Below, piece after piece: positions 31,782 to 41,881 of a DNA stretch of 64,000 bases. The number at the start of each line of letters is the position of its first letter. The stretch's first letter is position 1. Source of the stretch: Tubiluchus corallicola (Eukaryota > Animalia > Priapulida); the NCBI GenBank assembly GCA_030141605.1, contig JAQGDQ010000216.1, positions 162,641 to 226,640 on the forward strand, read 5' to 3'. Made by a program: the position numbers and the translations under genes. The notes under the pieces are model-generated. The model did not search any database, was not told where the DNA came from, and worked only from the letters and a program-made list of their open reading frames with translations.

Positions 31782-32582
31782 GTGAGAACAATTCTTGATG
31801 AGATAGTGGCGAATCGCCGTAAGGAGGTTGCAGAGCAGAAAGAGAAAATCGGTTTTGCAAGGTTGGAGCAAATGCTTGATTTGTCTTTGCCAACCAATTC
31901 TCTGAGTGATAGTTTGAGAGAGAGAGACGCTTCGGGTATTATTGCAGAGTTTAAGAGAAAGTCTCCTTCAAAGGGGATTATAAATGATAGTGCACTGCCA
32001 TCCAAGGTTGTAAAAGAGTATGTTGATGCCGGCGCAAGTGGTGTTTCTGTTTTAACAGATACAAAGTATTTTGGAGGTACAAACGAGGATTTGAGAGATG
32101 CAAGAGGTAGCAGTCCTCTTACTCCTCTATTGAGGAAGGATTTTATAGTGGACAGGTATCAGGTTATGGAGGCTAGGGTGATAGGGGCAGATGTAATACT
32201 GCTTATTGCCAGTGTATTAGATGGCAGGGAGGTTGTTGATTTAACCACTTTTGCACATGAGGTGGGGCTTGAGGTTTTGCTTGAGGTTCACGATGAAAGA
32301 GAGATGGATAAGATCGATAGTAGTGTGAATATGGTAGGTGTTAATAATAGAAGTCTTAAAGATTTTACGGTTGATGTGGAGCGTTCGGCCAGGCTGGCAG
32401 AGATGTTGCCATCAGATGTGTTGAGGATTTCTGAGAGTGGCATAGATACGGTCGAGATGGTAATGCAGCTACAGGGAGAGGGTTTTAAGGGTTTTTTGAT
32501 GGGTGAGAATTTTATGAGAGGCCTTAGTCCCGGAGAGGAGTGTCGAGGTTTTATTGAGAGGCTGAAAGCTTTGCAGCAGTGA
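31782..32582 (+). CDS. trpC: Indole-3-glycerol phosphate synthase
   Basis: IAEFKRKSPSKG, SVLTD, LRKDFI, LEVH, GVNNR and SESGI motifs. Confidence 0.95.
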   Translation: MRTILDEIVANRRKEVAEQKEKIGFARLEQMLDLSLPTNSLSDSLRERDASGIIAEFKRKSPSKGIINDSALPSKVVKEYVDAGASGVSVLTDTKYFGGTNEDLRDARGSSPLTPLLRKDFIVDRYQVMEARVIGADVILLIASVLDGREVVDLTTFAHEVGLEVLLEVHDEREMDKIDSSVNMVGVNNRSLKDFTVDVERSARLAEMLPSDVLRISESGIDTVEMVMQLQGEGFKGFLMGENFMRGLSPGEECRGFIERLKALQQ

Positions 32583-32631
32583 TTTATGTGTTGTTTTTGA
32601 AGGTTATGGGTTTTTAAGAGTTTATTAAGAT

Positions 32632-33255
32632 ATGGTAGGTGTTAAAGTGTGTGGGATGAGGGATCCGGATAATATCAGGCGACTGGTTGCGCTTAGCCCT
32701 GATTATATTGGGTTTATATTTTACCCGGATTCAGAGAGGTATGTTGGTGAGGTTATTGATGAGGATATACACAGGTTGGTACATTCAGGTATTAAGAAGG
32801 TTGGTGTGTTTGTAGATATGCCTCTTGGAGAGGTGGAGGAGAGGTATAGAGCGAACAGGCTTGATGTTGTACAGCTTCATGGGCATGAAGGGGTGGAGTA
32901 TTGTTCCAGGATTCGGGAGCTGGGTTGTCCTGTGATAAAGGTTTTTAATGTTGGCCTGGGTTTTGATTATGGTATGTTGGCTGGTTATGAGCAGGCTTGT
33001 GATTTTTTTCTGTTTGACACAAAGAGCAATGTGCCCGGAGGATCGGGAAAAAAGTTTGATTGGGATATTCTTAAGGGCTATAAAGGGAAGACTCCTTTTT
33101 TCCTAAGTGGTGGGGTTGTTCCTGATGATCTGGCTACGATTCGGGAGTTTGTGTATCCCATGTTGCATGCTATTGATATAAATAGTGGTTTTGAGGAGAA
33201 GCCGGGAATAAAGGATATTGGTTTAGTGAGAGGCTTTATTGAGGGCCTGTCGTAA
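32632..33255 (+). CDS. trpF: Phosphoribosylanthranilate isomerase
   Basis: VKVCGMR, VGVFVD, VQLHG, GGSGKKFDW and DINSGFE motifs. Confidence 0.94.
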   Translation: MVGVKVCGMRDPDNIRRLVALSPDYIGFIFYPDSERYVGEVIDEDIHRLVHSGIKKVGVFVDMPLGEVEERYRANRLDVVQLHGHEGVEYCSRIRELGCPVIKVFNVGLGFDYGMLAGYEQACDFFLFDTKSNVPGGSGKKFDWDILKGYKGKTPFFLSGGVVPDDLATIREFVYPMLHAIDINSGFEEKPGIKDIGLVRGFIEGLS

Positions 33256-33292
33256 ATAAGTTATGTGTAGTTTGGTTTGAGAGTAATATGTT

Positions 33293-34513
33293 ATGGGTTA
33301 CCAGGTAGATAGCAAAGGGTACTATGGAAGATTTGGGGGTGCATTTATTCCCGAAATGATGTACCCCAACATAGACGATCTACAAAGCAGGTATTTGCAG
33401 ATCATTAGTGAGGATAGTTTTAAAAGTGAATTTGGGCAGTTGTTGCGTGATTATGCGGGGAGACCGTCTCCTCTTTATTGTTCAGAGCGTCTTTCCGAGC
33501 AGTGTGGGGCCAAGGTCTTTTTGAAAAGGGAGGATCTCAACCACACCGGCTCGCACAAGATAAATAACACAATAGGACAGATACTGCTGGCCTTACGACT
33601 TGGCAAGAGGAGGATAATTGCAGAGACAGGCGCGGGGCAGCACGGTGTTGCTACCGCAACGGTTTGCGCCAGGGTTGGGATTGAGTGTGTTATATATATG
33701 GGTGCTCTTGATATTAGAAGGCAGTTGCCCAATGTGGACAAGATAAAGATGCTGGGAGCTGATGTTCGTCCTGTATATAGTGGAAACCAAACTCTTAAGG
33801 ATGCGACTAATGAGGCTATCAGGGATTGGATAAGCAATCCTGTTGATACCCATTATATAATAGGTTCGGTTGTTGGTCCTCATCCATATCCAGATATGGT
33901 TGCACGGTTTCAGTCGGTGATAAGCGGTGAGATGAAGACACAGCTAAGAGAGCATACAGGCGACGACCTGCCTTCTACAGTTATTGCATGTGTGGGTGGA
34001 GGTAGTAATGCTGCGGGGGCATTTTTTCACTTTGTTGACGAGCCCAATGTTGACTTGATTGCGGTTGAGGCGGCAGGTAAAGGAGTAGGTACCGGAGAGT
34101 CGGCAGCTACAACAGCTTTAGGGGAGATGGGGGTGCTGCACGGGAGTAAGAGCTTGCTGATGCAAACAGATGATGGGCAGGTTGTTGAGCCATATTCTAT
34201 TTCTGCAGGGCTTGATTATCCCGGCATAGGACCGATGCTTGCAAATCTGTATGAGACAGGTAGGGCCAGGTTTCTTAGCGTTACTGACGATGAAGCGTTA
34301 AAGGCGGCTTATAATCTTACGTCCAAAGAGGGTATTATACCTGCACTTGAGTCGGCACATGCGCTGGCGGTGCTGGGTAGACTCAAGTTTAGAGAGAGTG
34401 ATGTGGTGGTGGTAAATATCTCGGGTAGAGGGGATAAGGATATGGAGGCCTATTTGAAATATTTTAAAGAGACAGTGCAAGGTAAAACTGAAGCAAAAAA
34501 GAGGAATAAATGA
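33293..34513 (+). CDS. trpB: Tryptophan synthase beta chain
   Basis: KREDLNHTGSHKINN, AETGAGQHG, ACVGGGSNA, SISAGLDYPGIGP and SGRGDKD motifs. Confidence 0.97.
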   Translation: MGYQVDSKGYYGRFGGAFIPEMMYPNIDDLQSRYLQIISEDSFKSEFGQLLRDYAGRPSPLYCSERLSEQCGAKVFLKREDLNHTGSHKINNTIGQILLALRLGKRRIIAETGAGQHGVATATVCARVGIECVIYMGALDIRRQLPNVDKIKMLGADVRPVYSGNQTLKDATNEAIRDWISNPVDTHYIIGSVVGPHPYPDMVARFQSVISGEMKTQLREHTGDDLPSTVIACVGGGSNAAGAFFHFVDEPNVDLIAVEAAGKGVGTGESAATTALGEMGVLHGSKSLLMQTDDGQVVEPYSISAGLDYPGIGPMLANLYETGRARFLSVTDDEALKAAYNLTSKEGIIPALESAHALAVLGRLKFRESDVVVVNISGRGDKDMEAYLKYFKETVQGKTEAKKRNK

Positions 34514-35304
34514 GTAACCGAATAGATGATCTGTTTAAAAGTCACAAGAGGAGTGTTCTTGCGGTGTATTTTACAGCAGGGTATCCCAGTCTTGCAGATA
34601 CGGCAGGTATAGTTTCGGAGCTGGAAGATAGCGGAGTTGATCTCATAGAGATAGGTGTGCCTTTTTCTGATCCTGTTGCAGACGGATTTGTTATACAGAA
34701 GAGCTCTGATGCAGCTTTAAAGAATGGAATGACACTGAGCCGACTTTTTGAGCAGTTGAAAGGTGTGAGATCAAAAGTGTCTGTTCCACTTGTTATAATG
34801 AGCTATTTTAATCCTGTTTTAAAGTATGGGGTAGAGGAGTTCTGCGAGAAGTGCTGTGAGGTAGGGGTGGATGGCGTAATTCTTCCCGATCTACCACCTG
34901 AAGTGTATCAGGATGAGTACAGGTATATGTTTGAACGGTATGGTCTGTACAATATAATGATGATTACTCCGCAAACATCCGAATGTCGTATACGCGAGAT
35001 TGATAAGATGTCGAGTGGCTTTGTATATATGGTGTCGTCCACATCTACTACCGGAGGGAAGGGGGATATTGAAAGCTGCCAGGAGGAGTACTTCGAGAGA
35101 GTGGAGGCGATGAAGTTATCAACCCCCAGGTTGGTGGGTTTTGGTATATTTGATCATACAACTTTTAGTAACGCATGTAAAAAGGCGAGTGGGGCAATAA
35201 TAGGGAGTGCATTTATTAATGTGTTGTCAGAAGAGGGTGTCAGTCTGCCAAAGGTGATAAGGGAGTTTGTTGTAAAAGTAAGGGGATGTAAAAACGGGGA
35301 GTAG
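34510..35304 (+). CDS. trpA: Tryptophan synthase alpha chain
   Basis: YFTAGYP, EIGVPFSDPVADG, PDLP, GFVYMVS and VGFGI motifs. Confidence 0.96.
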   Translation: MSNRIDDLFKSHKRSVLAVYFTAGYPSLADTAGIVSELEDSGVDLIEIGVPFSDPVADGFVIQKSSDAALKNGMTLSRLFEQLKGVRSKVSVPLVIMSYFNPVLKYGVEEFCEKCCEVGVDGVILPDLPPEVYQDEYRYMFERYGLYNIMMITPQTSECRIREIDKMSSGFVYMVSSTSTTGGKGDIESCQEEYFERVEAMKLSTPRLVGFGIFDHTTFSNACKKASGAIIGSAFINVLSEEGVSLPKVIREFVVKVRGCKNGE

Positions 35305-35650
35305 TGATGGTGTGAGATTTTCGTAACCCTCATTTTTTATTTATACTAGATATGCCCTTTAAGAATTAATTTTTGTTGAGATAAAAGTTTACTATTTGTA
35401 TATTTTGATCTGGTATACAGTAAAAGCCTCTGGAGTGTTTTAAAAAAGTGTACAGTTTGTATTGACGACTATACAGTTGTTTTTGAAGCAGTGCCTTCTT
35501 TATATAAAAGACGCAAAAGTCAAGCGTGTAAATGCTTTTGATGAAAGTCTACGCTGTCGACTTTGCTACATTTTCAAAACTCACCTTTTGGTAAAAGGCT
35601 CAGATAGTGAGAAGATTTTTCGCTGTTTTCTATCAAAAGCCTTTATTATT

Positions 35651-36787
35651 TTAATGTGCTAAGTGCTCTTCAAAAAATAAACCATTTGCGCCATAGGCGG
35701 CACAAAAGACACCATGTCTTGAGAGCTTTATCTCTGGAAGAGGAGTTTTAAAGTATAAATAGTTTAGTTTTTCATTCACCTTGTCGTTAATGTCCTCAAT
35801 TGGCCAAGTATAGCAGGTCGTTAACTCTCCACCAATAGATATGATTGATGGATTAAAGATGTTAGTTAGCAATGAAATTTCAACAGAAAGGAATTCATTT
35901 ACACTGTCAATAAAGCTTTTTGATACTTTACATCCTCTGTTGTAATTTTTAAAAATTTCCTGTATGCTTGGAGTGCCTTTCTTGTATGGGGGTTCAATTT
36001 TGCGTGTGTTATTTGAGGAGATGTATTCTTCATACCAGCTTTTAATTGTTGGGGGCTCTGATGTTCGCAAGCCTGCTGCTCCATCCGAACCTTTTATAAG
36101 ATGATTGTTCGCTATTATACCGATGCTGATTGTTCCCGAATAGGGGTTGTAGTGAAGATGAACTGCATTTTCATGTGCTTGTGAATTAGGTTCGGGAAAC
36201 CACTTGTTGCCTAAAAGGCCACACTGTGCATCTTTTATAATCCGAACCGGGACATTGATGAGTCGAGTAAGCTCTTCTGCTAATGGGTAGCTATTGACTC
36301 CTAAATAAGGAGAGCCAATAATTTTTAAATGCTTCCGATCAACTACCCCTGCAGTGGCAATTGATAGCTGTATAATTTTGTCCTTAATATCCGGATATTC
36401 GTGTAGGATTTCTTGAAATATCTTACTGATGTGGCAAGCTATGGTGGCTTCAGATAGATCAGAATATACTTTTTCTAATCGAAGAATAATGGCACCTGAA
36501 AAGTCAGACAGGATGCAGCGTAGTTGTGAGCGGATAATCTCAATCCCGAGAAAATACCCGTAGTCCTTTGAGACTTCCCATAGTGTAGGTTTTTTACCAC
36601 CTTTTGCAGTTGTTTTTCCTAGCCCGATCTTTTTTATCAACCTCTCATTTTCTAAATGGCGAAGGATGTAGGACAGAGACGATGGTTTTAGACCGGTAAT
36701 CCTTGCAAGTTCTGCACCAAATATGTGTTTGCGGGTCAATATCAATCTTAGAATGGTTTTGTGGCTATTCTCTTTTAAGGGTAACAT
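35651..36787 (-). CDS. ROK family transcriptional regulator (divergent effector domain)
   Basis: N-terminal HTH (GAELARITGLKPSSLSYIL), GGKKPT linker and ROK-like YFLGIEI. The Cys zinc motif is absent. Confidence 0.75.
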   Translation of the reverse strand: MLPLKENSHKTILRLILTRKHIFGAELARITGLKPSSLSYILRHLENERLIKKIGLGKTTAKGGKKPTLWEVSKDYGYFLGIEIIRSQLRCILSDFSGAIILRLEKVYSDLSEATIACHISKIFQEILHEYPDIKDKIIQLSIATAGVVDRKHLKIIGSPYLGVNSYPLAEELTRLINVPVRIIKDAQCGLLGNKWFPEPNSQAHENAVHLHYNPYSGTISIGIIANNHLIKGSDGAAGLRTSEPPTIKSWYEEYISSNNTRKIEPPYKKGTPSIQEIFKNYNRGCKVSKSFIDSVNEFLSVEISLLTNIFNPSIISIGGELTTCYTWPIEDINDKVNEKLNYLYFKTPLPEIKLSRHGVFCAAYGANGLFFEEHLAH

Positions 36788-37012
36788 GGATATGTAAATT
36801 CAGTGATTAAGTAAACATACAGAAAAATGTGCTCCAGAAAATATAGTGGGGTTGATTTTTCAGGTCCGACATGATAGAGATTGGGGTTGTTTTACTGCTG
36901 AGTAGGGTCTTATTTTAACGTTTTTTTATAAAATGGACTTTTAATATGAAGGCTACTAGGAGTGTGGTTAAGGGATGTGGTCTAGGTTACAGGTAAATCC
37001 TAGTAGGCAATG

Positions 37013-37044
37013 TTAAAAATATTTTAAAAATATATTAAAAATAT
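37013..37044. repeat. Three tandem TTAAAAATAT copies with an 11-bp period upstream of the second ROK gene
   Basis: Copies start at 37013, 37024 and 37035. Confidence 0.8.
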
Positions 37045-37096
37045 CTTATGTATTCTTAAAAAAATTAGTAAAATTGTGTCGTAATAAATTGCTGAA

Positions 37097-38308
37097 GTGA
37101 AACACTTATTCGAAAATACTTTACTTAAAGAAAAAGATCGTCGGCAAAACCATCAACAGGTGAAGTTGATACAAATACTTTCTAAAAGTAGTTCACCGCT
37201 TACTGTATATGATTTCAGTAAAGGGTTGGAAATGAGTATTCCGACATGTGCTAGGTTGATTAATGACTTGGTTGAAGAAGGTATTGTTGTAACTCAAGGA
37301 AAAAGGGAGACGGAAAGCGGGAGAAGGCCACTGCTATATAGTCTTAATAAGATAAACCTTTTTTCGGTTGGTGTGGAAATATTACTAAAGAAGGTTACTG
37401 TTGGTATCGTTGACTTTAGTTTAGGTGTAAATTATTATAAGCAGAAGAAGGATTTTGTTCTAGAAGATACGCAGGATTGTTTGGATGAGGTTATCTCATT
37501 TGTTGAAGAAAGCATATTGAATTCCGAAATTTCTCATGAAAAGCTTCTTGGAATGGGAGTTGGGTTAACTGGAAGGGTTAACATAGAAACTGGGGAGTCT
37601 TTAAGTTATTTTACATTTCTGGATTGTTCATTGGCTGAATATATGTCGAATAAGTTTGACTTACCTGTTTTTTTAAATAATGATACACGGTGTTATGGAC
37701 AGGCAGAAAAAATAGTTGGGAAAGCCAAGGATGTTAAAAATGCGATTGTAATTAATTTAAGTCGAGGGTTAGGTACCACTTTGATAATAAATGATGCTAT
37801 TGTAAACGGTGGTCATGGTTACGCCGGGGAGCTTGGCCATATGCAATTTGGGGATAGTGATAAAATGTGTATTTGCGGGAAAAGAGGATGTCTGGGAAAT
37901 GATGTTTCGGGATTTGCTCTGGAAGAAGCATTTAATGATGCTGTATCTAGGGGAGGTCTGTCTCTGTTAACTGATGTACAAAAAGGAGAAAACATCGCTT
38001 ATGACGATATTCTTGAATCAGCTTTAAAAGGGGATTCACTGCCCATTCAACTTATTCAGGAGCTAGGAGTAAAGCTGGGGAAAGCTTTAGGCAATATAAT
38101 TAACCTTTTGAATACGGAGTTAATCATCATTGGTGGTAAATTTTCTAAGCTGCGAGGACTTCTGGGTGGATCAATAAAGGCCGGAATGATAAATACGGCA
38201 TTAGTCAACCCATTAGCCGATTGCGAGATTGAGTTTTCAGAACTGGGGGAGCTTGCGGGTCTCAAAGGGGCAGGATTATTGGTTTATGAACATTACAAAC
38301 TGATTTAA
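37097..38308 (+). CDS. ROK family transcriptional regulator (NagC/XylR-like)
   Basis: HTH, SGRRP, FLNNDTR and GYAGELGH..CICGKRGCL zinc motif. Confidence 0.9.
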   Translation: MKHLFENTLLKEKDRRQNHQQVKLIQILSKSSSPLTVYDFSKGLEMSIPTCARLINDLVEEGIVVTQGKRETESGRRPLLYSLNKINLFSVGVEILLKKVTVGIVDFSLGVNYYKQKKDFVLEDTQDCLDEVISFVEESILNSEISHEKLLGMGVGLTGRVNIETGESLSYFTFLDCSLAEYMSNKFDLPVFLNNDTRCYGQAEKIVGKAKDVKNAIVINLSRGLGTTLIINDAIVNGGHGYAGELGHMQFGDSDKMCICGKRGCLGNDVSGFALEEAFNDAVSRGGLSLLTDVQKGENIAYDDILESALKGDSLPIQLIQELGVKLGKALGNIINLLNTELIIIGGKFSKLRGLLGGSIKAGMINTALVNPLADCEIEFSELGELAGLKGAGLLVYEHYKLI

Positions 38309-38318
38309 ATATATAAAC

Positions 38319-38657
38319 ATGTATTATATTGAAGCTATAAAGAACAAGGTAATTCTGCTTTCAATTTCAATTTTGGCGTCACTCTCTGTTCAGGGGCAGA
38401 CACAGAAGGTTGAAGGGAGGATTGTGGATGATACAGATGAGCCGCTAATCGGGGCTACAGTTATTGTGAAAGGAACAGAAGCCACAGGAATAGTTGGTAC
38501 TATCACAGATATTGATGGGAATTTCATAATACACCTTCCTGCAGACAATGATTCATTATTAATTTCTTATACAGGGTATCTTGACAAGGTTGTGGATGCT
38601 CGTAGTACCGATTTTCTTAACGTAATATTATGTCACCAGGGGAGCATTCGGGCATAA
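38319..38657 (+). pseudogene. 5' remnant of a SusC/RagA-like TonB-dependent receptor (signal peptide plus carboxypeptidase-regulatory-like domain only)
   Basis: VEGRIVDDTDEPLIGATVIVKGT..GTITDIDGNF..LLISYTGY..LNVIL. Similarity ends at about 38630, before the plug and barrel. Confidence 0.8.
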
Positions 38658-39168
38658 TGCATCTCTAAGCTTCACTGCCGATTGGGTTTACAGCCTTAGT
38701 GCAGATGATGTTTGGAGCTATCCTGTTCCATCATTAAATATTGATGGAGAGAGCCCTATGCCAGAACCTTCTGAGAACTATCCTGCGGGAGGCACTGTTT
38801 ATGATAAAACAAACGCAATTGGTGGCGGACCAATTTTAATTAAGGGTGGAGAGCTGGTTGAAGACTATCAGTATGAACTGTTTTATGACGATATAATCCG
38901 CTCCATTGCAAACAGGACTGCGATTGGTATTACTGAAGATAACTACCTGATAATTTTAATTGTAGATGGTCGGGCATTATATAGCGAGGGTATTGCCCTT
39001 AAAGATATGGCAGGTGTTTTAAAGAATGATTTTAATTGCACAGATGCTATGAATTTAGATGGTGGAGGTTCAACCACCTTAATAGTGAATGGTAGTTTGC
39101 ATAATCAATATAGTCTTGATTATGGCCAACGAAATGTTTTAACAGGCTTATTAATAGTCAAAGAGTAA
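38626..39168 (+). pseudogene. 3' remnant of a phosphodiester glycosidase (NAGPA/DUF2233-like) gene
   Basis: Open frame from 38626 (YYVTRGAFG..W), continuing to AIGGGPILIKGG, RTAIG, IVDGR and AMNLDGGGSTT. The N-terminus is missing. Confidence 0.78.
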
Positions 39169-39243
39169 TCAGAGTGTTTTTTATTAGTTGCTTATTTAGG
39201 TTTTAATTATAACTGGGTTGAAGTAAAGGGAGAGTAAGGTTGC

Positions 39244-40716
39244 ATGGGAATCAATAGGGAAATAAGTATTGATGCTTTAAGGGGTATTGCGATTATTGGA
39301 ATGGTTCTTTCCGGTACTATTACTCAAAATCCTGAATTACCTGCCTGGCTGTTTCACGCACAGGTTGGTCCAGTTGATTTTAAGTTTCATCCGGATGTGC
39401 CTGGAATTACCTGGGTCGATTTGGTCTTTCCCTTTTTTCTTTTTGCTATGGGGCTTTCAATTCCTTTTTCATTAAATAGACTAATTAATGAAGGTGTATC
39501 CAGGAAGCAGATCATAAGAAAGGTAGTTGTCCGCGCACTTAAGTTATTTTTCTTTGCCGTTTTACTTGGTCACCTTTCTCCATTTAATTTTCCTGTTGAA
39601 GCCGGAGTTTGTAAATGGTTATTTGCGATTTTTACCTTTTTAGGTTTTTTTATGGCTTTCGGTAAGATATCCTTTAAAAGCATCAATGAAAAGGGCTTAA
39701 ACAGGGTTGGTTATCTTTTACTGCTTGTTTTGCTGATTTTAAGAAAAGCTACTTTCGGCCTGCCGATTTCAATTCATAAAAATGATATCATCATCCTTGT
39801 TCTTGCAAACATGGCACTGTTTGGGGCATTGATATGGCTATTTACTCAAAAAAACTGGTATACACGTTTATTCATTATCGCAATATATCTGGGCTTTAGA
39901 CTAACCTCAGATATTGAGGAGTCTTGGGCAGCCCAGGTGTGGAATTTCACTCCGATTAGATCGATTGGTTCCATATTTACAGGAGTAGCAGGTTGGCTAG
40001 GTCAGAATGGTGTCGACACACAAAAAGTGGTTTTCTATAGTTCTAATTTTGTTAAATACCTGTTCATAGTTCTTCCGGGAACAATAGCCGGAGATCTTTT
40101 ATACAGACTTAATCTAAAAGAGAATAAGGAAAACTTTAATAAAAATCGCACACTTGATATATTTCAAATAATCACCTACTCCCTGCTGATTGTTTGTAAT
40201 CTTATTGGTCTGTTTAACCGGTTAACTGCGTTTGTACTATTTTCAAATACTGTTCTTATATCAATTAGTCTTTATTTGGTCTCTTCACCAAGATTTAAAT
40301 TTTCGATTGAGATTATAAATATTATTAAATGGAGTGCTGCCTGGTTAGTAATAGGATTGGTACTTGAGCCCTTTGAAGGAGGAATTAAGAAAGATCACGC
40401 AACACTGAGTTATTTCTTTGTTACCTCTGGGATTGCAGGTTATGCATTGTTAATATTCAGGCTGACACATAAAAATATAAAGGCAAATAGGTGCCTGAAT
40501 TTTATTCCTTCAATTGGACAAAACCCTATGGTGGGATATGTTGCTGCTGCTTATTTAATAATACCGATCCTGGGTATTATGCAGTTGTTGGATTTTGTTG
40601 ATTCCTGGCATACGGTAAATAAATGGTTAGGACTAATTAGAGGTCTCTTGCTGACTTCAATTATGATATTGATAACAACATATACGGTAAAACGAAAATG
40701 GTTTTGGAAAACCTGA
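39244..40716 (+). CDS. DUF5009/HGSNAT(NagX)-like multi-pass membrane acyltransferase-family protein
   Basis: SIDALRG, WLFHAQV, GITWVDLVFPFFLFAMG, GGIKKD and GQNPM motifs; many TM helices. Confidence 0.8.
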   Translation: MGINREISIDALRGIAIIGMVLSGTITQNPELPAWLFHAQVGPVDFKFHPDVPGITWVDLVFPFFLFAMGLSIPFSLNRLINEGVSRKQIIRKVVVRALKLFFFAVLLGHLSPFNFPVEAGVCKWLFAIFTFLGFFMAFGKISFKSINEKGLNRVGYLLLLVLLILRKATFGLPISIHKNDIIILVLANMALFGALIWLFTQKNWYTRLFIIAIYLGFRLTSDIEESWAAQVWNFTPIRSIGSIFTGVAGWLGQNGVDTQKVVFYSSNFVKYLFIVLPGTIAGDLLYRLNLKENKENFNKNRTLDIFQIITYSLLIVCNLIGLFNRLTAFVLFSNTVLISISLYLVSSPRFKFSIEIINIIKWSAAWLVIGLVLEPFEGGIKKDHATLSYFFVTSGIAGYALLIFRLTHKNIKANRCLNFIPSIGQNPMVGYVAAAYLIIPILGIMQLLDFVDSWHTVNKWLGLIRGLLLTSIMILITTYTVKRKWFWKT

Positions 40717-40728
40717 ACAGTAAATAAA

Positions 40729-41871
40729 ATGAGAAGATTTATAGGAATATTAGTAGTAGTGTCAATGTTAGGAAGTTGTTGCTCCCAAAAGTGCAATAGA
40801 GCTTCAAGTGGTAATTCATATGTGTTGGGATACAATGAGCCTGTAAAGGGAGTTTGGTTAACAAATGTGGCCAGTGACGCATTGTATTCCCGCGAAAACA
40901 TTAATAAGGCTGTAGCTAAATGCAAAGAGCTTGGGATTAATACAATTTTTACAGTAACCTGGAATAAGGCTATGACCCAATATCAGAGCGATATCATGGA
41001 GCAATTTACAGGGGTGAGGATTGAGCCAATCCTGGATCCTGATAATACCGGAAGGGACCCACTTGCAGAACTAATAGAAGAGGCGCATAAAAACAGTATT
41101 AAAGTAATCGCCTGGTTTGAATTTGGATTTTCTTCATCGTACAAAGCCAATGGGGGTAAATTGGTTGAGCTGAAGCCTGAATGGGCTAGCTTGAATAATA
41201 AAGCTGAGCTTACCACCAAAAATGGTTTCGATTGGTTAAATGCTTTGGATAAAGAGGTGCAGGATTTTATCACGTCACTCATTCTTGAGGTCGTAGAAAA
41301 TTATGATGTTGATGGAATTCAGGGAGATGACAGGTTGCCGGCAATGCCCTCTAGTGGTGGATATAACCCTGAAGTGATTGAGCAGTACAAAAAAGAACAT
41401 TTTGGTCAGTCACCACCCGAATATTACAAAGATTTTGAATGGGTAAACTGGAGGGCGGAAAAGCTAAATGATTTTCTAAAGGAGCTTTATAATAAAGTAA
41501 AAGAGACAGACCCTACATGCATTGTATCAATGTCTCCAAGTGTTTTTCCTTGGAGTAAGGAGGAGTACTTGCAGGATTGGCCAACATGGGTAAATCATGG
41601 TTATGTTGATATGATCTGCCCACAGGTTTACAGGAAAGACTCTGCATTTTATAAGTCAACCCTGGAGGCTACCATAGATTATATTATACCAGAAAAAAGA
41701 CATATTCTCTACCCGGGTATTCTCATCAAAGCAGGTGAGTATATGCCATCTGAAGAGCTTCTTTCTTATATGATTGAGTTGAACCGGATAAATGAAATTG
41801 AAGGAGAAGTATTCTTTTTCTATGAAGGACTTGAGAGATATGAGGAGGTATTAAAAGGGTATAACAATTAA
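40729..41871 (+). CDS. GHL10 (DUF187/YddW-DigH-like) glycoside hydrolase lipoprotein
   Basis: Lipobox LGSC; KGVWL, GINTIF, DPLAELIEEAH..AWFEFG, YDVDGIQGDD, QDWPTW and PQVY motifs. Confidence 0.85.
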   Translation: MRRFIGILVVVSMLGSCCSQKCNRASSGNSYVLGYNEPVKGVWLTNVASDALYSRENINKAVAKCKELGINTIFTVTWNKAMTQYQSDIMEQFTGVRIEPILDPDNTGRDPLAELIEEAHKNSIKVIAWFEFGFSSSYKANGGKLVELKPEWASLNNKAELTTKNGFDWLNALDKEVQDFITSLILEVVENYDVDGIQGDDRLPAMPSSGGYNPEVIEQYKKEHFGQSPPEYYKDFEWVNWRAEKLNDFLKELYNKVKETDPTCIVSMSPSVFPWSKEEYLQDWPTWVNHGYVDMICPQVYRKDSAFYKSTLEATIDYIIPEKRHILYPGILIKAGEYMPSEELLSYMIELNRINEIEGEVFFFYEGLERYEEVLKGYNN

Positions 41872-41881
41872 ATTGAACTAC

